64,000 bases of DNA from Patescibacteria group bacterium (GTDB lineage Bacteria; Patescibacteriota; Minisyncoccia; Phycocordibacterales; Phycocordibacteraceae): the NCBI GenBank assembly GCA_038064695.1, contig JBBTSO010000005.1, forward strand, positions 106,070 through 170,069. Direction: 5' to 3'. Numbering within the stretch: position 1 is the first letter of the stretch; every line of letters starts with the position of its first letter. The notes under the pieces are model-generated. The model worked only from the letters and a program-made list of their open reading frames with translations, had not been told where the DNA came from and did no database searches. Positions 47,565 through 57,709 of the stretch are shown here, piece after piece. The translations under genes and the position numbers were made by a program.

Positions 47565-50450
47565 CTACTGACATGATTCGCAGGTCACTTCGGGCGACCG
47601 GTGGAGTTTTATTTCTCTTTTAGGAAGAGGTGCTACTGGTATTGCCGATTGCAAAGGCACTGAGTGACTCTGTGGAGTCACCGGTGCCTCAGTAGGTGCC
47701 ACTGCTACCGGACCCTCAGCGTGAGAGCGTTTGTGCGTTGAACCGAACTCCTGGGTGGAAACGGTAGATTTTTCCACCTGGGTCGCCGCCAATGAACGGA
47801 GGTAGTACGTGGTTTTGAGTCCCAAACGCCACCCGTAGAAATAAATTTCTGAGAGTTCCTTCCCGCTTGAACCATTGAAAAATATGTTCAGAGACTGCGA
47901 CTGATCAATCCACTTTCCACGATACGCCGCCGCGCGCACGAGCCAACGCATATCAACCTCAAACACTTCTTTGTATTTATTTTTGATTGCTTCGGGGATG
48001 CCCGCAATCTGAGCGATAGAGCCGTCGCGATATTTCAATTCGTTCAACATCGCATCATTCCACAAACCAATTTTCTTTAAGTCCCGCACCAAGTATGGAT
48101 TTACCATCGTAAAGTCGCCACTAATGTTTGATTCTACAAAAATGTTTTTGTAAATCGGTTCAATAGCGGGAACTGAGCCCACAATGTTGGAGATAGTCGC
48201 GGTCGGAGCAATTGCCATACAGTTACTATTTCGCATACCGTACTGTTTTATTGCTTCACGCACCACTCCCCAATCCATCGTGGTTTCGCGTGATACTTCA
48301 ATCACTTCGCCGCGCTCTTGTTCAAGAAGCGCAATGGTATCAATCGGCAATAATCCGCGATCCCATTTTGAATCTTTGAACGTCTGGTACGCGCCACGCT
48401 CTTTCGCTAATGAGACCGACGCGAGAATCGCGTAGTAGCTCACCACTTCCATACTCATGTCAGCAAACGCAACGCAGCGCTCTGAAGCAAAATCAATATC
48501 AAGTAAGTAGAGCGCGTCTTGGAAGCCCATAACACCAAGCCCCACGGGGCGGTGCTTCAAGTTAGAGAATTTTGCCTCGTCCGTTGGGTAGAAGTTAATG
48601 TCAATGACGTTGTCCAACATGCGCATTGCTACCATGACTGTTTCTTTTACTCGTTCTTTGTCAAACACACCGTTGACGACGTGGCGCGCAAAGTTTACTG
48701 AGCCCAGGTTACACACCGCGGTTTCTTCTTTAGAAGTGTTGAGGGTGATTTCAGTACAGAGGTTTGAATTGTGCACCACTCCCACGTGATCTTGAGGAGA
48801 ACGAATGTTTGAAGGATCTTTGAACGTAATCCATGGGTGACCTGTTTCAAACAACATACCGAGCATCTTCTTCCACAATTCTTGCGCGGGAATTTTCTTC
48901 GCCAATTTAATTTTTCCTTCGTCAGCCATTTTCTCGTACCGTTCGTACGCCTCTTCAAAACGCTTACCGTAGAGGTGGTGGAGGTCAGGTACTTCGTCAG
49001 GTGAAAAGAGTGTCCACTCCCTGCCATCACGAACCCGCTTCATAAACAAGTCAGGAATCCAATGCGCGGTATTGATGTCGTGAGTACGTCGTCGCTCGTC
49101 TCCGGTGTTCTTACGGAGCTCCAAAAAGTCAATAATATCAGCGTGCCAGGTTTCCAAATAGACCGCTGTTGCGCCACGGCGTCGGCCTGAGCGGTTTATA
49201 GCGACTGTTACGTCGTTTGCAATTTTTAAGAATGGAATAACACCCTGTGAACCAAATCCTGCCTTTTTAATAAGGGCTCCCGTTGCGCGAATGTTTGTCC
49301 AGTCAGTACCGATACCCCCTGCCCATTTAGAAAGCTGCGCGTTGTCTCCGTAGACTTTAAAGATGTGCTCCAGATCATCTTCCACGGTGTTGAGGTAACA
49401 ACTTGAAAGCTGCGAGTGAGGCGTACCCGCGTGAAAGAGTGTTGGCGTTGAGGGAGTGAAGTAGAGACTGCTCATTACCTGGTAGAACTGTTTCGCGTAC
49501 TTTTCTTTCTCGGCTTCTTCTTTAGCGAGCCCCATGGCAACGCGCATAAATAGAAACTGTGGTGTTTCCAAAAAGCGTTTATCTTTTCCTTTTACAAAGT
49601 AACGGTCAGCGAGTGTTTGCACACCGAGGTAGCGCAAAAGTCGGTCGCGCGATGGTGTCAGTTCACGTGCAAGCTCATCGAGGTTGTATGAGAGGAGCGA
49701 TTCGTCGTACCGTTTCTCCACGACACCTTCTTTAATATTCTCAACGAACGCGGCACGGTACGTGCTGAGGAACGCATCGTCTGAAATGTTGTTAGGAATA
49801 GTGGTAACGTTTGTGGTTTCTTCGTACAAGTCACGAAGTAACAAACGCGCAGCGAGTGCGTCGTACACAGGATCGCGTTCAATCATAGAACGCACGACTG
49901 AGATTAAGAGGCGCGAAATTTCTTTCGTCGTAATACCGTCGTACACTTCTCGTTTGAGTTGGTCCATCACCGTATCTAAATTCACGTCGCGCGACTCTTC
50001 CTCACTTAACATCTCACGCATCATTTTTAAAATTCGTGCGGGAGAAAAAATGTCAGGAGCGCCGTCATCCTTCTCAATCAAGAGCGCGTTCGCGTCAATT
50101 TTTTCTTCAACAATTTTTTTCTCCTGTTCGCGAATTTTTGCGTGCTCGTATCGATAGATAATGTAACTCTTCGCGACATCAAAATACCCGCGCTCCATCA
50201 ATCCTCGTTCAACGTTGTCTTGAATTTCCTCTACTGAGGGAATTTGTGCGGTTCCTGAGTAGCGAACGCGAATTTTTTCACCTACCCCTGCGGCGATTGC
50301 TTGCGCTTCATCGGTGTGTGGCGTCTTTAACACATCCAAAAACGCTTTTTGAATAGCGAGAGAAATTTTTTCTTGATTGAAGTCAGCAATACTGCCGTTT
50401 CGTTTTTTTATTTTCTGAGTTACCGACATGGGGTTTGTATTTCGCGTCAC
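47565..50450 (-). CDS. nrdA: ribonucleotide reductase class I alpha (R1) subunit with N-terminal ATP-cone
   Basis: ATP-cone KRNGSIADFNQEKISLAIQKAF, active-site NLCTEI, C-terminal CESCQ thiol pair. 961 aa. Confidence 0.95.
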   Translation of the reverse strand: MTRNTNPMSVTQKIKKRNGSIADFNQEKISLAIQKAFLDVLKTPHTDEAQAIAAGVGEKIRVRYSGTAQIPSVEEIQDNVERGLMERGYFDVAKSYIIYRYEHAKIREQEKKIVEEKIDANALLIEKDDGAPDIFSPARILKMMREMLSEEESRDVNLDTVMDQLKREVYDGITTKEISRLLISVVRSMIERDPVYDALAARLLLRDLYEETTNVTTIPNNISDDAFLSTYRAAFVENIKEGVVEKRYDESLLSYNLDELARELTPSRDRLLRYLGVQTLADRYFVKGKDKRFLETPQFLFMRVAMGLAKEEAEKEKYAKQFYQVMSSLYFTPSTPTLFHAGTPHSQLSSCYLNTVEDDLEHIFKVYGDNAQLSKWAGGIGTDWTNIRATGALIKKAGFGSQGVIPFLKIANDVTVAINRSGRRRGATAVYLETWHADIIDFLELRKNTGDERRRTHDINTAHWIPDLFMKRVRDGREWTLFSPDEVPDLHHLYGKRFEEAYERYEKMADEGKIKLAKKIPAQELWKKMLGMLFETGHPWITFKDPSNIRSPQDHVGVVHNSNLCTEITLNTSKEETAVCNLGSVNFARHVVNGVFDKERVKETVMVAMRMLDNVIDINFYPTDEAKFSNLKHRPVGLGVMGFQDALYLLDIDFASERCVAFADMSMEVVSYYAILASVSLAKERGAYQTFKDSKWDRGLLPIDTIALLEQERGEVIEVSRETTMDWGVVREAIKQYGMRNSNCMAIAPTATISNIVGSVPAIEPIYKNIFVESNISGDFTMVNPYLVRDLKKIGLWNDAMLNELKYRDGSIAQIAGIPEAIKNKYKEVFEVDMRWLVRAAAYRGKWIDQSQSLNIFFNGSSGKELSEIYFYGWRLGLKTTYYLRSLAATQVEKSTVSTQEFGSTHKRSHAEGPVAVAPTEAPVTPQSHSVPLQSAIPVAPLPKREIKLHRSPEVTCESCQ

Positions 50451-50587
50451 CTGAATGACATTACTGCGTTATTAATATGTGCGCATCATAGAACAGTGAT
50501 GAAAACGAATGTTGTCAAGAGTGTCGTTTTCGTCGTTACTGTTGGTCCAACTTCTTGGAAGTCCATTCTACATCATTGAGAGATTTC

Positions 50588-50602
50588 GCGCGTGTCACGC
50601 GC
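50588..50602. promoter_or_regulatory. perfect GC-rich palindrome GCGCGTG-T-CACGCGC about 140 nt upstream of nrdA
   Basis: Read directly. Candidate operator; not an obvious NrdR box. Confidence 0.3.
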
Positions 50603-50667
50603 TCACTCGACACCTGTGGATTAGAGTCACAACGGAATAAAAAATGAGTGTGTCAAACGAGGCACGA

Positions 50668-50693
50668 AAATGGCGCGTATGTACGCGCCATTT
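50668..50693 (-). terminator. perfect 12-bp-arm palindrome AAATGGCGCGTA-tg-TACGCGCCATTT just downstream of the aldolase gene
   Basis: Read directly. On the minus strand it is followed by TTTTCG. Confidence 0.45.
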
Positions 50694-50717
50694 CAGGAAC
50701 TTTTTTATGGTCACTTT

Positions 50718-51713
50718 TTAGAGCATTTCCATATTTGGCGTATATCCCCCTGCATCAGCTGCCACATTCAGCGTCAGCCGCTTCAAAAATGCAGCTTGTG
50801 CTTCATCCCACATCTCTTGGTTCCCTGCCCACGTTGACAACACCGGTTCTTGGAGCGCGCGCGAGAACGAAAAGGTAATCGGCCATGGATGCGGTTCAAG
50901 TCGCGCAATAGCATTCAAGTTTGCGGTCGCCTCAATGGGTGTTTGACCTCCTGAAAGAAATACCACGCCGCCCGCGTTTTCAGGAACAGTAGTGCGAAGC
51001 GCTCGCACGGTGCGTTCAGCAACCTCATGAGAGGCCGCGCGCATATCCGCGCTCTTCCCAGACACGGCCATACTCGTTTTTAGAATTACTTTTGTTATAT
51101 CAACATTCTTTTCTTTGAGAGCATCGTACACAATCGCGAGTGATTCAATAAGTGCACCCTCTGCATCTTCGGCAGAATGAATTCCTTCCATCAACACTTC
51201 AGGCTCTACAATGGGAACGATATCAAGTTCGTGACACACGCGTGCATATTCAGCCAAACGCTTTGCGTTTTCTTTTATCGCCGGGTCGCCGTACCCGTCA
51301 CCAACGCGCGCGACCGCGCGCCACTTTGCAAACGAAGCGCCAAAATTTTTATACTCTTGTAAACGAGTTGCCAATCCTTCTAACCCTTTGGTTACTTGTC
51401 CACCAGGAACATCTTCAAGACCTTGATCAACTTTAATTCCAGGCAAAATATTTTTTGAAAGCAACAGCTGAGGAAACGTGGTACCGTCACTCGACATCTG
51501 ACGTATAGTTTCATCAAACAAAATTACTCCTGAAAGATACTGTTCAGCACCCGGCGTGGTAAATAACAACTCGCGATATTTTCTTCTATTTTCTTCGTTC
51601 GACGGAACGTTGACCGACGCAAAACGCTTATCGGCGGTCGCTGAACTTTCATCTGCTGCTAAAATTCCTTTCCCCTGCTGCATAAGGGCACTCACGGTGT
51701 TCGTTAATGTATC
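50718..51713 (-). CDS. fructose-bisphosphate aldolase, class I
   Basis: GKGILAADESSATADKRF N-terminal signature of class I FBA, Schiff-base Lys region. Start set at MDTLTNT. Confidence 0.85.
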   Translation of the reverse strand, partial: DTLTNTVSALMQQGKGILAADESSATADKRFASVNVPSNEENRRKYRELLFTTPGAEQYLSGVILFDETIRQMSSDGTTFPQLLLSKNILPGIKVDQGLEDVPGGQVTKGLEGLATRLQEYKNFGASFAKWRAVARVGDGYGDPAIKENAKRLAEYARVCHELDIVPIVEPEVLMEGIHSAEDAEGALIESLAIVYDALKEKNVDITKVILKTSMAVSGKSADMRAASHEVAERTVRALRTTVPENAGGVVFLSGGQTPIEATANLNAIARLEPHPWPITFSFSRALQEPVLSTWAGNQEMWDEAQAAFLKRLTLNVAADAGGYTPNMEML

Positions 51714-51769
51714 CATATAAACCCTAGTATACCGTGCCCGCAAAATGAATCACAAGACACGCCTCGCGC

Positions 51770-52492
51770 TTAATTCACCTTTGATTCAGGCTGAGGTACG
51801 CCGAGAATATCAGTACACACCGCGCGCGTCGGGCGTGGAAGCTTGGCAAAAAACGCACCGGCCAATACGTAGAACATCATATGAAGCAAAATCGCCCACA
51901 CTATCCCCGCAGGAACGAAGAGAATGAAGAAAGGAATGGCAAATGCCCCGCCGAGAGAAAGCCCTGTATAGTAGAGCCCCCAAATAAAGCCCGACGTAAA
52001 AAATAAATACACATGTGAAAGGAGAAATAGCCCAATGAATGAAAATACAATAAGGTCGTACGGGACTCCTGCAACGTGGAGAAGTAAGATAAAAATACCC
52101 CCCGCCAACTGCTGCGACACCACGTCGCCTACTTTGGCAACCACATAACTTTCTTCCAACGTGAGCATGGTTTGTGTAGGAAATGTTTCATAGAGCCAGG
52201 TGGGGGCTCCAATTTTTTTTCGAAGCATACGATACGTGAAGGGAAAAACCACAAACACCATGAAAAGAAGCAGCACGTACCCGAAGCTGTTTACTTCATG
52301 AAAGAGGGTACGCACTTCCTCGGGAAATAAACCAATCAAGAGGAGCGACGCGAAACTAAAGTACAACAGTGAACGCACTGGTGCGTCAGCGAATGTCACG
52401 TGGAGACGCGACTGCAACCACGCGACATACACGTAGCGAACTAAGATTGCCACTACCACAATGAGGGTGAGCGAGAAAACGAAAGTATTCAT
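51770..52492 (-). CDS. polytopic membrane protein, possibly CPBP/Abi-like intramembrane protease family
   Basis: 6-7 TM helices. LEESYVV, LLLHVAG and LLHMMFYVLAG resemble CPBP motifs 1-3, but imperfectly. Confidence 0.35.
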   Translation of the reverse strand: MNTFVFSLTLIVVVAILVRYVYVAWLQSRLHVTFADAPVRSLLYFSFASLLLIGLFPEEVRTLFHEVNSFGYVLLLFMVFVVFPFTYRMLRKKIGAPTWLYETFPTQTMLTLEESYVVAKVGDVVSQQLAGGIFILLLHVAGVPYDLIVFSFIGLFLLSHVYLFFTSGFIWGLYYTGLSLGGAFAIPFFILFVPAGIVWAILLHMMFYVLAGAFFAKLPRPTRAVCTDILGVPQPESKVN

Positions 52493-52501
52493 GAAAGCAA
52501 A

Positions 52502-52975
52502 CTACTCAAAACGAATGGGAATTTCAAGCGCGGCATCATTCTCTGGCAACCCGGAAGGATTATCGCGTTTAAAAATGAGTGCACCGCGTTCATTATAAAT
52601 TGGTTTTGTAAAAGTAAGTGTTACCGAGAAGGGTACAAATTCTTCCGTCATCCACTCATCTTGTGCTTGTGCGATTCCTTCCGCGATAATCAAGCCGTCC
52701 CAATCAACCACGATGACGGGAAACGACGCTTCAAAAAACCAAAACCCGCGCGCCATGCCATGTACAGTGAGTGGTGACGAAATATACTGCCCCGGCACAA
52801 GTTCATCAACCACAATTAAGTCAGCTGACGCGTTTGAGTATGCTACTTCTAAAGCGGGTGGAGTGTCGGGGAGCTCGGTATTAGAAAGTTCAGGATTTTT
52901 AATAAACCCATTCCACGCCACCAAAGAAAAGAGACCGAACACTAGAATGATGAATCCGATATGTTGTATCTTCAT
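52502..52975 (-). CDS. secreted Gmad2 Ig-like domain protein
   Basis: Signal/TM anchor, then PGQYISSPLTVHGMARGFWFFEASFPVIVVDWDGLIIAEG, typical of the Gmad2 domain. Confidence 0.55.
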   Translation of the reverse strand: MKIQHIGFIILVFGLFSLVAWNGFIKNPELSNTELPDTPPALEVAYSNASADLIVVDELVPGQYISSPLTVHGMARGFWFFEASFPVIVVDWDGLIIAEGIAQAQDEWMTEEFVPFSVTLTFTKPIYNERGALIFKRDNPSGLPENDAALEIPIRFE

Positions 52976-53005
52976 ATCGCTTTAGTATATCAGGGTCAGA
53001 AAAAA

Positions 53006-54031
53006 CTATATTTCTCCAAACTCACCACGAAGCACGTCAGTCACTCCCACGAAAGCACGCGTAGAAACGTCATACTCACTGACAAAAGTTTTAATATTTT
53101 CGGTTATCTGTGCCTCAATTCTATTTTTTAAAACACGCTCTGAGGTGCCCTTCGCAAGCACGAACGAATACCACGGAAAACGCACCGTGGTCGTTTGAAG
53201 TGACCCTTGCGCAAAGGTAGCCGAAACAACGAGCGGATACCGCGTGGGAATAAAACCAAAGAGACGTCCGAACGCTTTGTAGCGCGTCGTCAATACTCCG
53301 TTAGCAAACACGACATCGTCAATATATTGATCTTCTAACACTGCGGACGACACGAAGAGTGCAAAATCGTTTTGTGAAAAAACGCGCGCGCCACGCCCTG
53401 TACCACGGAGCAACACTTCTTTTTGAGGAATAGCGATGCGCACAATGCCAAGAGAGCGAAACGCATCACGTACTCGGTCACCAAAAAAACGAAGTTGTAG
53501 AATGCTACCACTGCTTCCACCAACTGTACTTCCACCACTGTTTTGATTTTCGTATATTGCTGTTATGGCTCCACTCCCTAACAAAGTAGCCAGAATTTCT
53601 TCAGCGAGCACCGTGCTTTGTGTTTGGGTAGGGGTAGTGCCTGGCGTGGCGGAAGACGAAAACGACTCGGTCGTTACCGTCACTGTAGTAATAACTGGCG
53701 CTACTTCATCTTCATCACTCGCTTCGTTGAAAACAAGTATACTCTCCACGGCGACGTCAGAAATTATAGGAGACGTTCCTTGGGTTGCGCCAAGATTCAC
53801 CACGCTGTCGTTCACAATAACTGATGTACCTGAAGGCCACGACGTCCCGCCACTCCCCACGGGAGGGTTGTTTTCTTCTGCACCGACAAACTCCACAATC
53901 TGCGAGTCGTTGAGGTACGTTGCGGCGAGTGTTCTTTCACGCTCTACAAAACGAATACCGGATTGGTAGGTAAGCCACGCGAATGAAAAGAAAACCACTA
54001 CCGCAAGAAGCAAAAATGGGAAGCGTTGCAT
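53006..54031 (-). CDS. secreted hypothetical protein, paralogue A (shares C-terminal domain with 57710-58588)
   Basis: Signal peptide, Thr/Ser-rich linker. C-terminal YKAFGRLFGFIPTRYPLVV...VRFPWYSFVLAKG matches YRATGKLLGFIPHTFTERV...VKLPWYSFLLSPD. Confidence 0.5.
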   Translation of the reverse strand: MQRFPFLLLAVVVFFSFAWLTYQSGIRFVERERTLAATYLNDSQIVEFVGAEENNPPVGSGGTSWPSGTSVIVNDSVVNLGATQGTSPIISDVAVESILVFNEASDEDEVAPVITTVTVTTESFSSSATPGTTPTQTQSTVLAEEILATLLGSGAITAIYENQNSGGSTVGGSSGSILQLRFFGDRVRDAFRSLGIVRIAIPQKEVLLRGTGRGARVFSQNDFALFVSSAVLEDQYIDDVVFANGVLTTRYKAFGRLFGFIPTRYPLVVSATFAQGSLQTTTVRFPWYSFVLAKGTSERVLKNRIEAQITENIKTFVSEYDVSTRAFVGVTDVLRGEFGEI

Positions 54032-54067
54032 ACGTGTATCGTATCACTTGAAACAAGCGCGCACGGC

Positions 54068-55618
54068 TTACGCGTGTGGGAGCGAAAACCAAAACACACT
54101 TCCCTTTCCTGTTCCCTCTGACTCAACACCCATATTGCCTCCGTGACGCTTAATAATATTTTTTGCCATAGCGAGACCTAAGCCCACTCCTTCGGTGTCC
54201 GCGCGTTTTGCCGCGTCAGTTCGGTAGAAACGGGTAAAGATTCTATGCTGTTCTTCTGATTCAACGCCAATGCCGTGATCGTGAATAGAGTAGTACGCCT
54301 TCCCTCCTTTTTGATACGTAATAATTTGTATCACCTCCCCTTGAGGAGAGTAGTTAATTGCATTTTCCATCAATACCTCAATGACTGAGGTCAGTCGTCG
54401 TAAGTCGCCCGTCACCGTAACCTCAGCATCACCGTGAAGATTAACGGTGAGTTTTTTAGCAGCAATGAAAGAGCTCATGCGCTCCAAGACTTCTTTGGTA
54501 AGCGCCGTAAGACCAACGTGCTCTTTTCGATACGCGTACTGTTGCGAAGTTTCCTCAGTAGTTTCAAAAAGAGCGTTGGTGAGTTCAATGAGACGGTTGG
54601 AGGAGCGTTGTATATGCTCCGCGAGTGCGCGCACGTCGGGTGTGGGATTAGTGTCAAGGAGTGAACGCACGCCCCAACTGATTTGGGTGAGCGGCGTGCG
54701 AAGTTTGTGAGTTGCCACGGTAATAAATTCGTACTTCACGCGATCATTTTCAACGAGCTTACTCCAAAAGAGTCGCCCCACCACAAAAGCAACTACGGAG
54801 GTAAAGATAGGAACCGTCCAGAACTGTACCCACGGCACCGTTTGCACCAAGAGGTCGTTGAGGAAGATAAGAAGAGTGAGAAGTGCGGCGAGTGTGGCAA
54901 TGCCGGCGGAGAAAAGTGCCGCGCGCGCAAATACCACGCGGATATTAAGAAGATTTTTTGCAACTACCCCATAGGCAAGCGGTATAAGCCCAAGCCCAAT
55001 AGGAGCACCAATCAAAGGGTCGATGGGGATATTAAAAACGAGTGCGAAATTCAAGTTACCAAACCCAAACCCAAACGCATACATTAAAAGGAAGTACTCA
55101 ATGCGCTCTCGGTCGTACCCACTCATGTACGCACGCAACATAGCAATGTACGGAATGAGGGCTCCAAAAATAAAAAAGACTACCATAACAAGGTAAAGCC
55201 ACCCCCCATCTAGGTACCATGGAAAATATAATTTTGGCGTTACCTGTGGCAAAAACCAACGTGGTTCAACGAGTGCTGTAATAAATATGCCGACGGCAAT
55301 AACCGTTGAGCCAATGAGGTACCAACGCCATTCTTTTAATTTATTAATAGCCGCGAGTATAACGGCGCTCGTGGTAACGGGGATTCCCACGTCAAGCAAA
55401 TTAGTAAACCAGACAAGGTACGCCAATTCATACGTGGGCATCAGCGGCCCCAATACCATTCCTGCTTCATAAATTGCAATAAAAATAAAGTTGAGGAAAA
55501 ATGCCTGATTGATAAATCGATTCGGATTTTGTAAAAATACAAAAAGTCCTGCTCCAAGAAGGATGAAGCCCGAGATGCCGTGAATGGCAATCGTGAGGAT
55601 GAGCTGGCTCGTAATCAT
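54068..55618 (-). CDS. sensor histidine kinase with approx. 8-TM N-terminal domain
   Basis: H-box HKLRTPLTQISWG, N/G1/G2 boxes (MENAINYS, GVGLGLAMAKNIIKRHGG). Polytopic N-terminal half. Confidence 0.85.
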   Translation of the reverse strand: MITSQLILTIAIHGISGFILLGAGLFVFLQNPNRFINQAFFLNFIFIAIYEAGMVLGPLMPTYELAYLVWFTNLLDVGIPVTTSAVILAAINKLKEWRWYLIGSTVIAVGIFITALVEPRWFLPQVTPKLYFPWYLDGGWLYLVMVVFFIFGALIPYIAMLRAYMSGYDRERIEYFLLMYAFGFGFGNLNFALVFNIPIDPLIGAPIGLGLIPLAYGVVAKNLLNIRVVFARAALFSAGIATLAALLTLLIFLNDLLVQTVPWVQFWTVPIFTSVVAFVVGRLFWSKLVENDRVKYEFITVATHKLRTPLTQISWGVRSLLDTNPTPDVRALAEHIQRSSNRLIELTNALFETTEETSQQYAYRKEHVGLTALTKEVLERMSSFIAAKKLTVNLHGDAEVTVTGDLRRLTSVIEVLMENAINYSPQGEVIQIITYQKGGKAYYSIHDHGIGVESEEQHRIFTRFYRTDAAKRADTEGVGLGLAMAKNIIKRHGGNMGVESEGTGKGSVFWFSLPHA

Positions 55619-55651
55619 AACGTTCTCACCATAGAGAGAGGCACGTGCCGC

Positions 55652-56020
55652 CTATTGGAGAATGGTACGCGCAAGCGCGAGTACCTCGTTCGGGGTTGAA
55701 TTCACCTTCACTCTAAAATCAAGCGCTCCTAGGTCACGCGCGCGATCTTTATCTTCATGCGTTGATTGATTTGAAAAAACAACCACGGGAATTGTTTTTG
55801 TGGTGGCGTCTTCTTTCAGTTTTTTGAGGACATCAAATCCACTCATTTTGGGGAGAATGAGGTCAAGAAGAATGAGGTCAAATTTTTTCTCCTTCATCAT
55901 TTCAAACGCTGATTCACCATCTGCGGCAATCTCAGCTTCAAACCCATTCTCTTTCAGCTTGTTAATAATAGTCCTCCCAATAAAGGACTCATCTTCAATA
56001 TATAGAATACTTTTTGGCAT
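55652..56020 (-). CDS. stand-alone response-regulator receiver domain (CheY-like)
   Basis: ILYIEDE, phospho-acceptor DLILLDLILPKMSG, TIPVVVFS. No output domain. Adjacent to the kinase. Confidence 0.85.
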   Translation of the reverse strand: MPKSILYIEDESFIGRTIINKLKENGFEAEIAADGESAFEMMKEKKFDLILLDLILPKMSGFDVLKKLKEDATTKTIPVVVFSNQSTHEDKDRARDLGALDFRVKVNSTPNEVLALARTILQ

Positions 56021-56058
56021 AGAGATAGTATACCCCGCTTACGCAAAGCCTGAATGTG

Positions 56059-56640
56059 CTATTTCCACTCCACGGCTTCAAGGAAAGAGTTAAAATCTCG
56101 CGCAATGAGTGATGTCTCATCAATAAACCCTCCAGAAAAGTGGTACATAAAATCGCCATAAGCTACCAGCACATTGTTCGTTACATAGAGGCCGTCAGTT
56201 TTAACCCGTACTCCTTTCTCTCCCGCAACACTCGCCAATACAGGTTCGCCAATGGCAAGATCGGCATTAACGGCGTAGGGATGTTCCAACATCCACACGT
56301 CAGGAGCTACATGCTGTGGGTTTGCAAACACCGCAACGTTTATGGTGGGTGGCCCCTCACGAGGAACATCACCGGAGGCCTGGAGTGCTTCGTAATCTGC
56401 TTTCAGCATAAAACTTGTTACGTGCTGCAAGTCAGAATCGTCTTGCGCGCTTGGTGTGTGTTCAGAGACAATATATCCATCGGGGTTAGTTCGATACGTC
56501 AATGAAAACCCAAATTCATCCGATGCGTACGTCGCGACTGATTCTTCTACGGGCGCCTCACGCTCCGGCGGAGTCACCAACACAAAAATACTGAGAAGTA
56601 ATAGGATGACCACCGCGAGTCCGATGCTTACATTTTTCAT
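56059..56640 (-). CDS. secreted hypothetical protein
   Basis: Signal anchor. 193 aa, no motif recognised. Confidence 0.45.
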   Translation of the reverse strand: MKNVSIGLAVVILLLLSIFVLVTPPEREAPVEESVATYASDEFGFSLTYRTNPDGYIVSEHTPSAQDDSDLQHVTSFMLKADYEALQASGDVPREGPPTINVAVFANPQHVAPDVWMLEHPYAVNADLAIGEPVLASVAGEKGVRVKTDGLYVTNNVLVAYGDFMYHFSGGFIDETSLIARDFNSFLEAVEWK

Positions 56641-56685
56641 ATACCTACCAGTATACCGATGGTTATGAAATCAAAAAAGTGGTAT

Positions 56686-57156
56686 TTACACAGGGAGGTT
56701 TTCTTCCCAGGGAAAGTGGATCCACTCATTGGTTGGCATGACTGAAAAATCAGGCATCATTTTACAGTGATCGGTGTTCACCACGAATGTTGCTGTTTTT
56801 ACCTCGCCCGCGCTATAGGTAGATACTAAAAGTTCAGACAGCACTTTCTGTGTTTTTCCCGAATCGGCAATTTCATCAACGAGGAGAATTTTTTTATTTG
56901 AAAGATCAACGTTGGGAATATGGGTAATAGTGAGTTCCTTTTGAGACTGCGATTCGTAGGAACGCGCGGTAATGGTGGTTACATTGCGCACTCCTAAATC
57001 GCGCGCAAGTAAAGTGAGCGGCACCAAACCACCAATCGCAATACCAATCAGCATGTCGGGGACAAAGCCACTTTCACGCACGCGACGCGCAAGGAGGGCA
57101 GAGAGCTCTTCAACTTCTTGCCATGAAAGATGCTTAATGGCTGGAGCGGAAGTCAT
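56686..57156 (-). CDS. purine phosphoribosyltransferase (Xpt/Gpt-like)
   Basis: PRPP-binding motif ILLVDEIADSGKT. 156 aa. Confidence 0.7.
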   Translation of the reverse strand: MTSAPAIKHLSWQEVEELSALLARRVRESGFVPDMLIGIAIGGLVPLTLLARDLGVRNVTTITARSYESQSQKELTITHIPNVDLSNKKILLVDEIADSGKTQKVLSELLVSTYSAGEVKTATFVVNTDHCKMMPDFSVMPTNEWIHFPWEENLPV

Positions 57157-57206
57157 AGGTAGAAAAAGTATATACCACTTAGGTGAAAATAGTTAAAAGA
57201 GTCCAC

Positions 57207-57557
57207 TCACTTCCCTACAGTCCATGAAGGAACAAACCACTTTGAACACCCGATGCGCTTGCAACTCCACGCATGGTAATCCTGGTTATATTTCCAATCG
57301 TGTGGAAGATTACCCAAACACGTTTCGTCTTCCCACCGGTCCACCGCGTGAGCCCTCGTTGGTCCATCTATTTCTTCAACTAAACGCAAAGAGGACATTT
57401 CTGAACGAACGCCGTCTACAAGAAAATCGGTGGCATAGTACAGCGTGGCGCCGGCAGCGAGCAAAAAACCCCACGTAAGCGTGGGGTTTTGTAAAGCGCG
57501 TGAGGCGACTGATGACTCGTGGGGAGCGGAACCTTCTCGGGATCCAATAATCGCCAT
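57207..57557 (-). CDS. hypothetical protein with C-terminal Cys/His-rich segment
   Basis: 116 aa, CLGNLPHDWKYNQDYHAWSCKRIGC. Confidence 0.3.
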   Translation of the reverse strand: MAIIGSREGSAPHESSVASRALQNPTLTWGFLLAAGATLYYATDFLVDGVRSEMSSLRLVEEIDGPTRAHAVDRWEDETCLGNLPHDWKYNQDYHAWSCKRIGCSKWFVPSWTVGK

Positions 57558-57709
57558 AGTGTATACCCCGTAGAGTAGCAGGGTAAATCAAAAACTCCCT
57601 GTGGAAAAGTGAGTAATTGCTTTTGTATTAGATTGCATCAATACAAAAATTTGCCAAGCACGAGAACACCGACTACCACAAGGTACGACCTTTTCATAGG
57701 CGAGGTATG

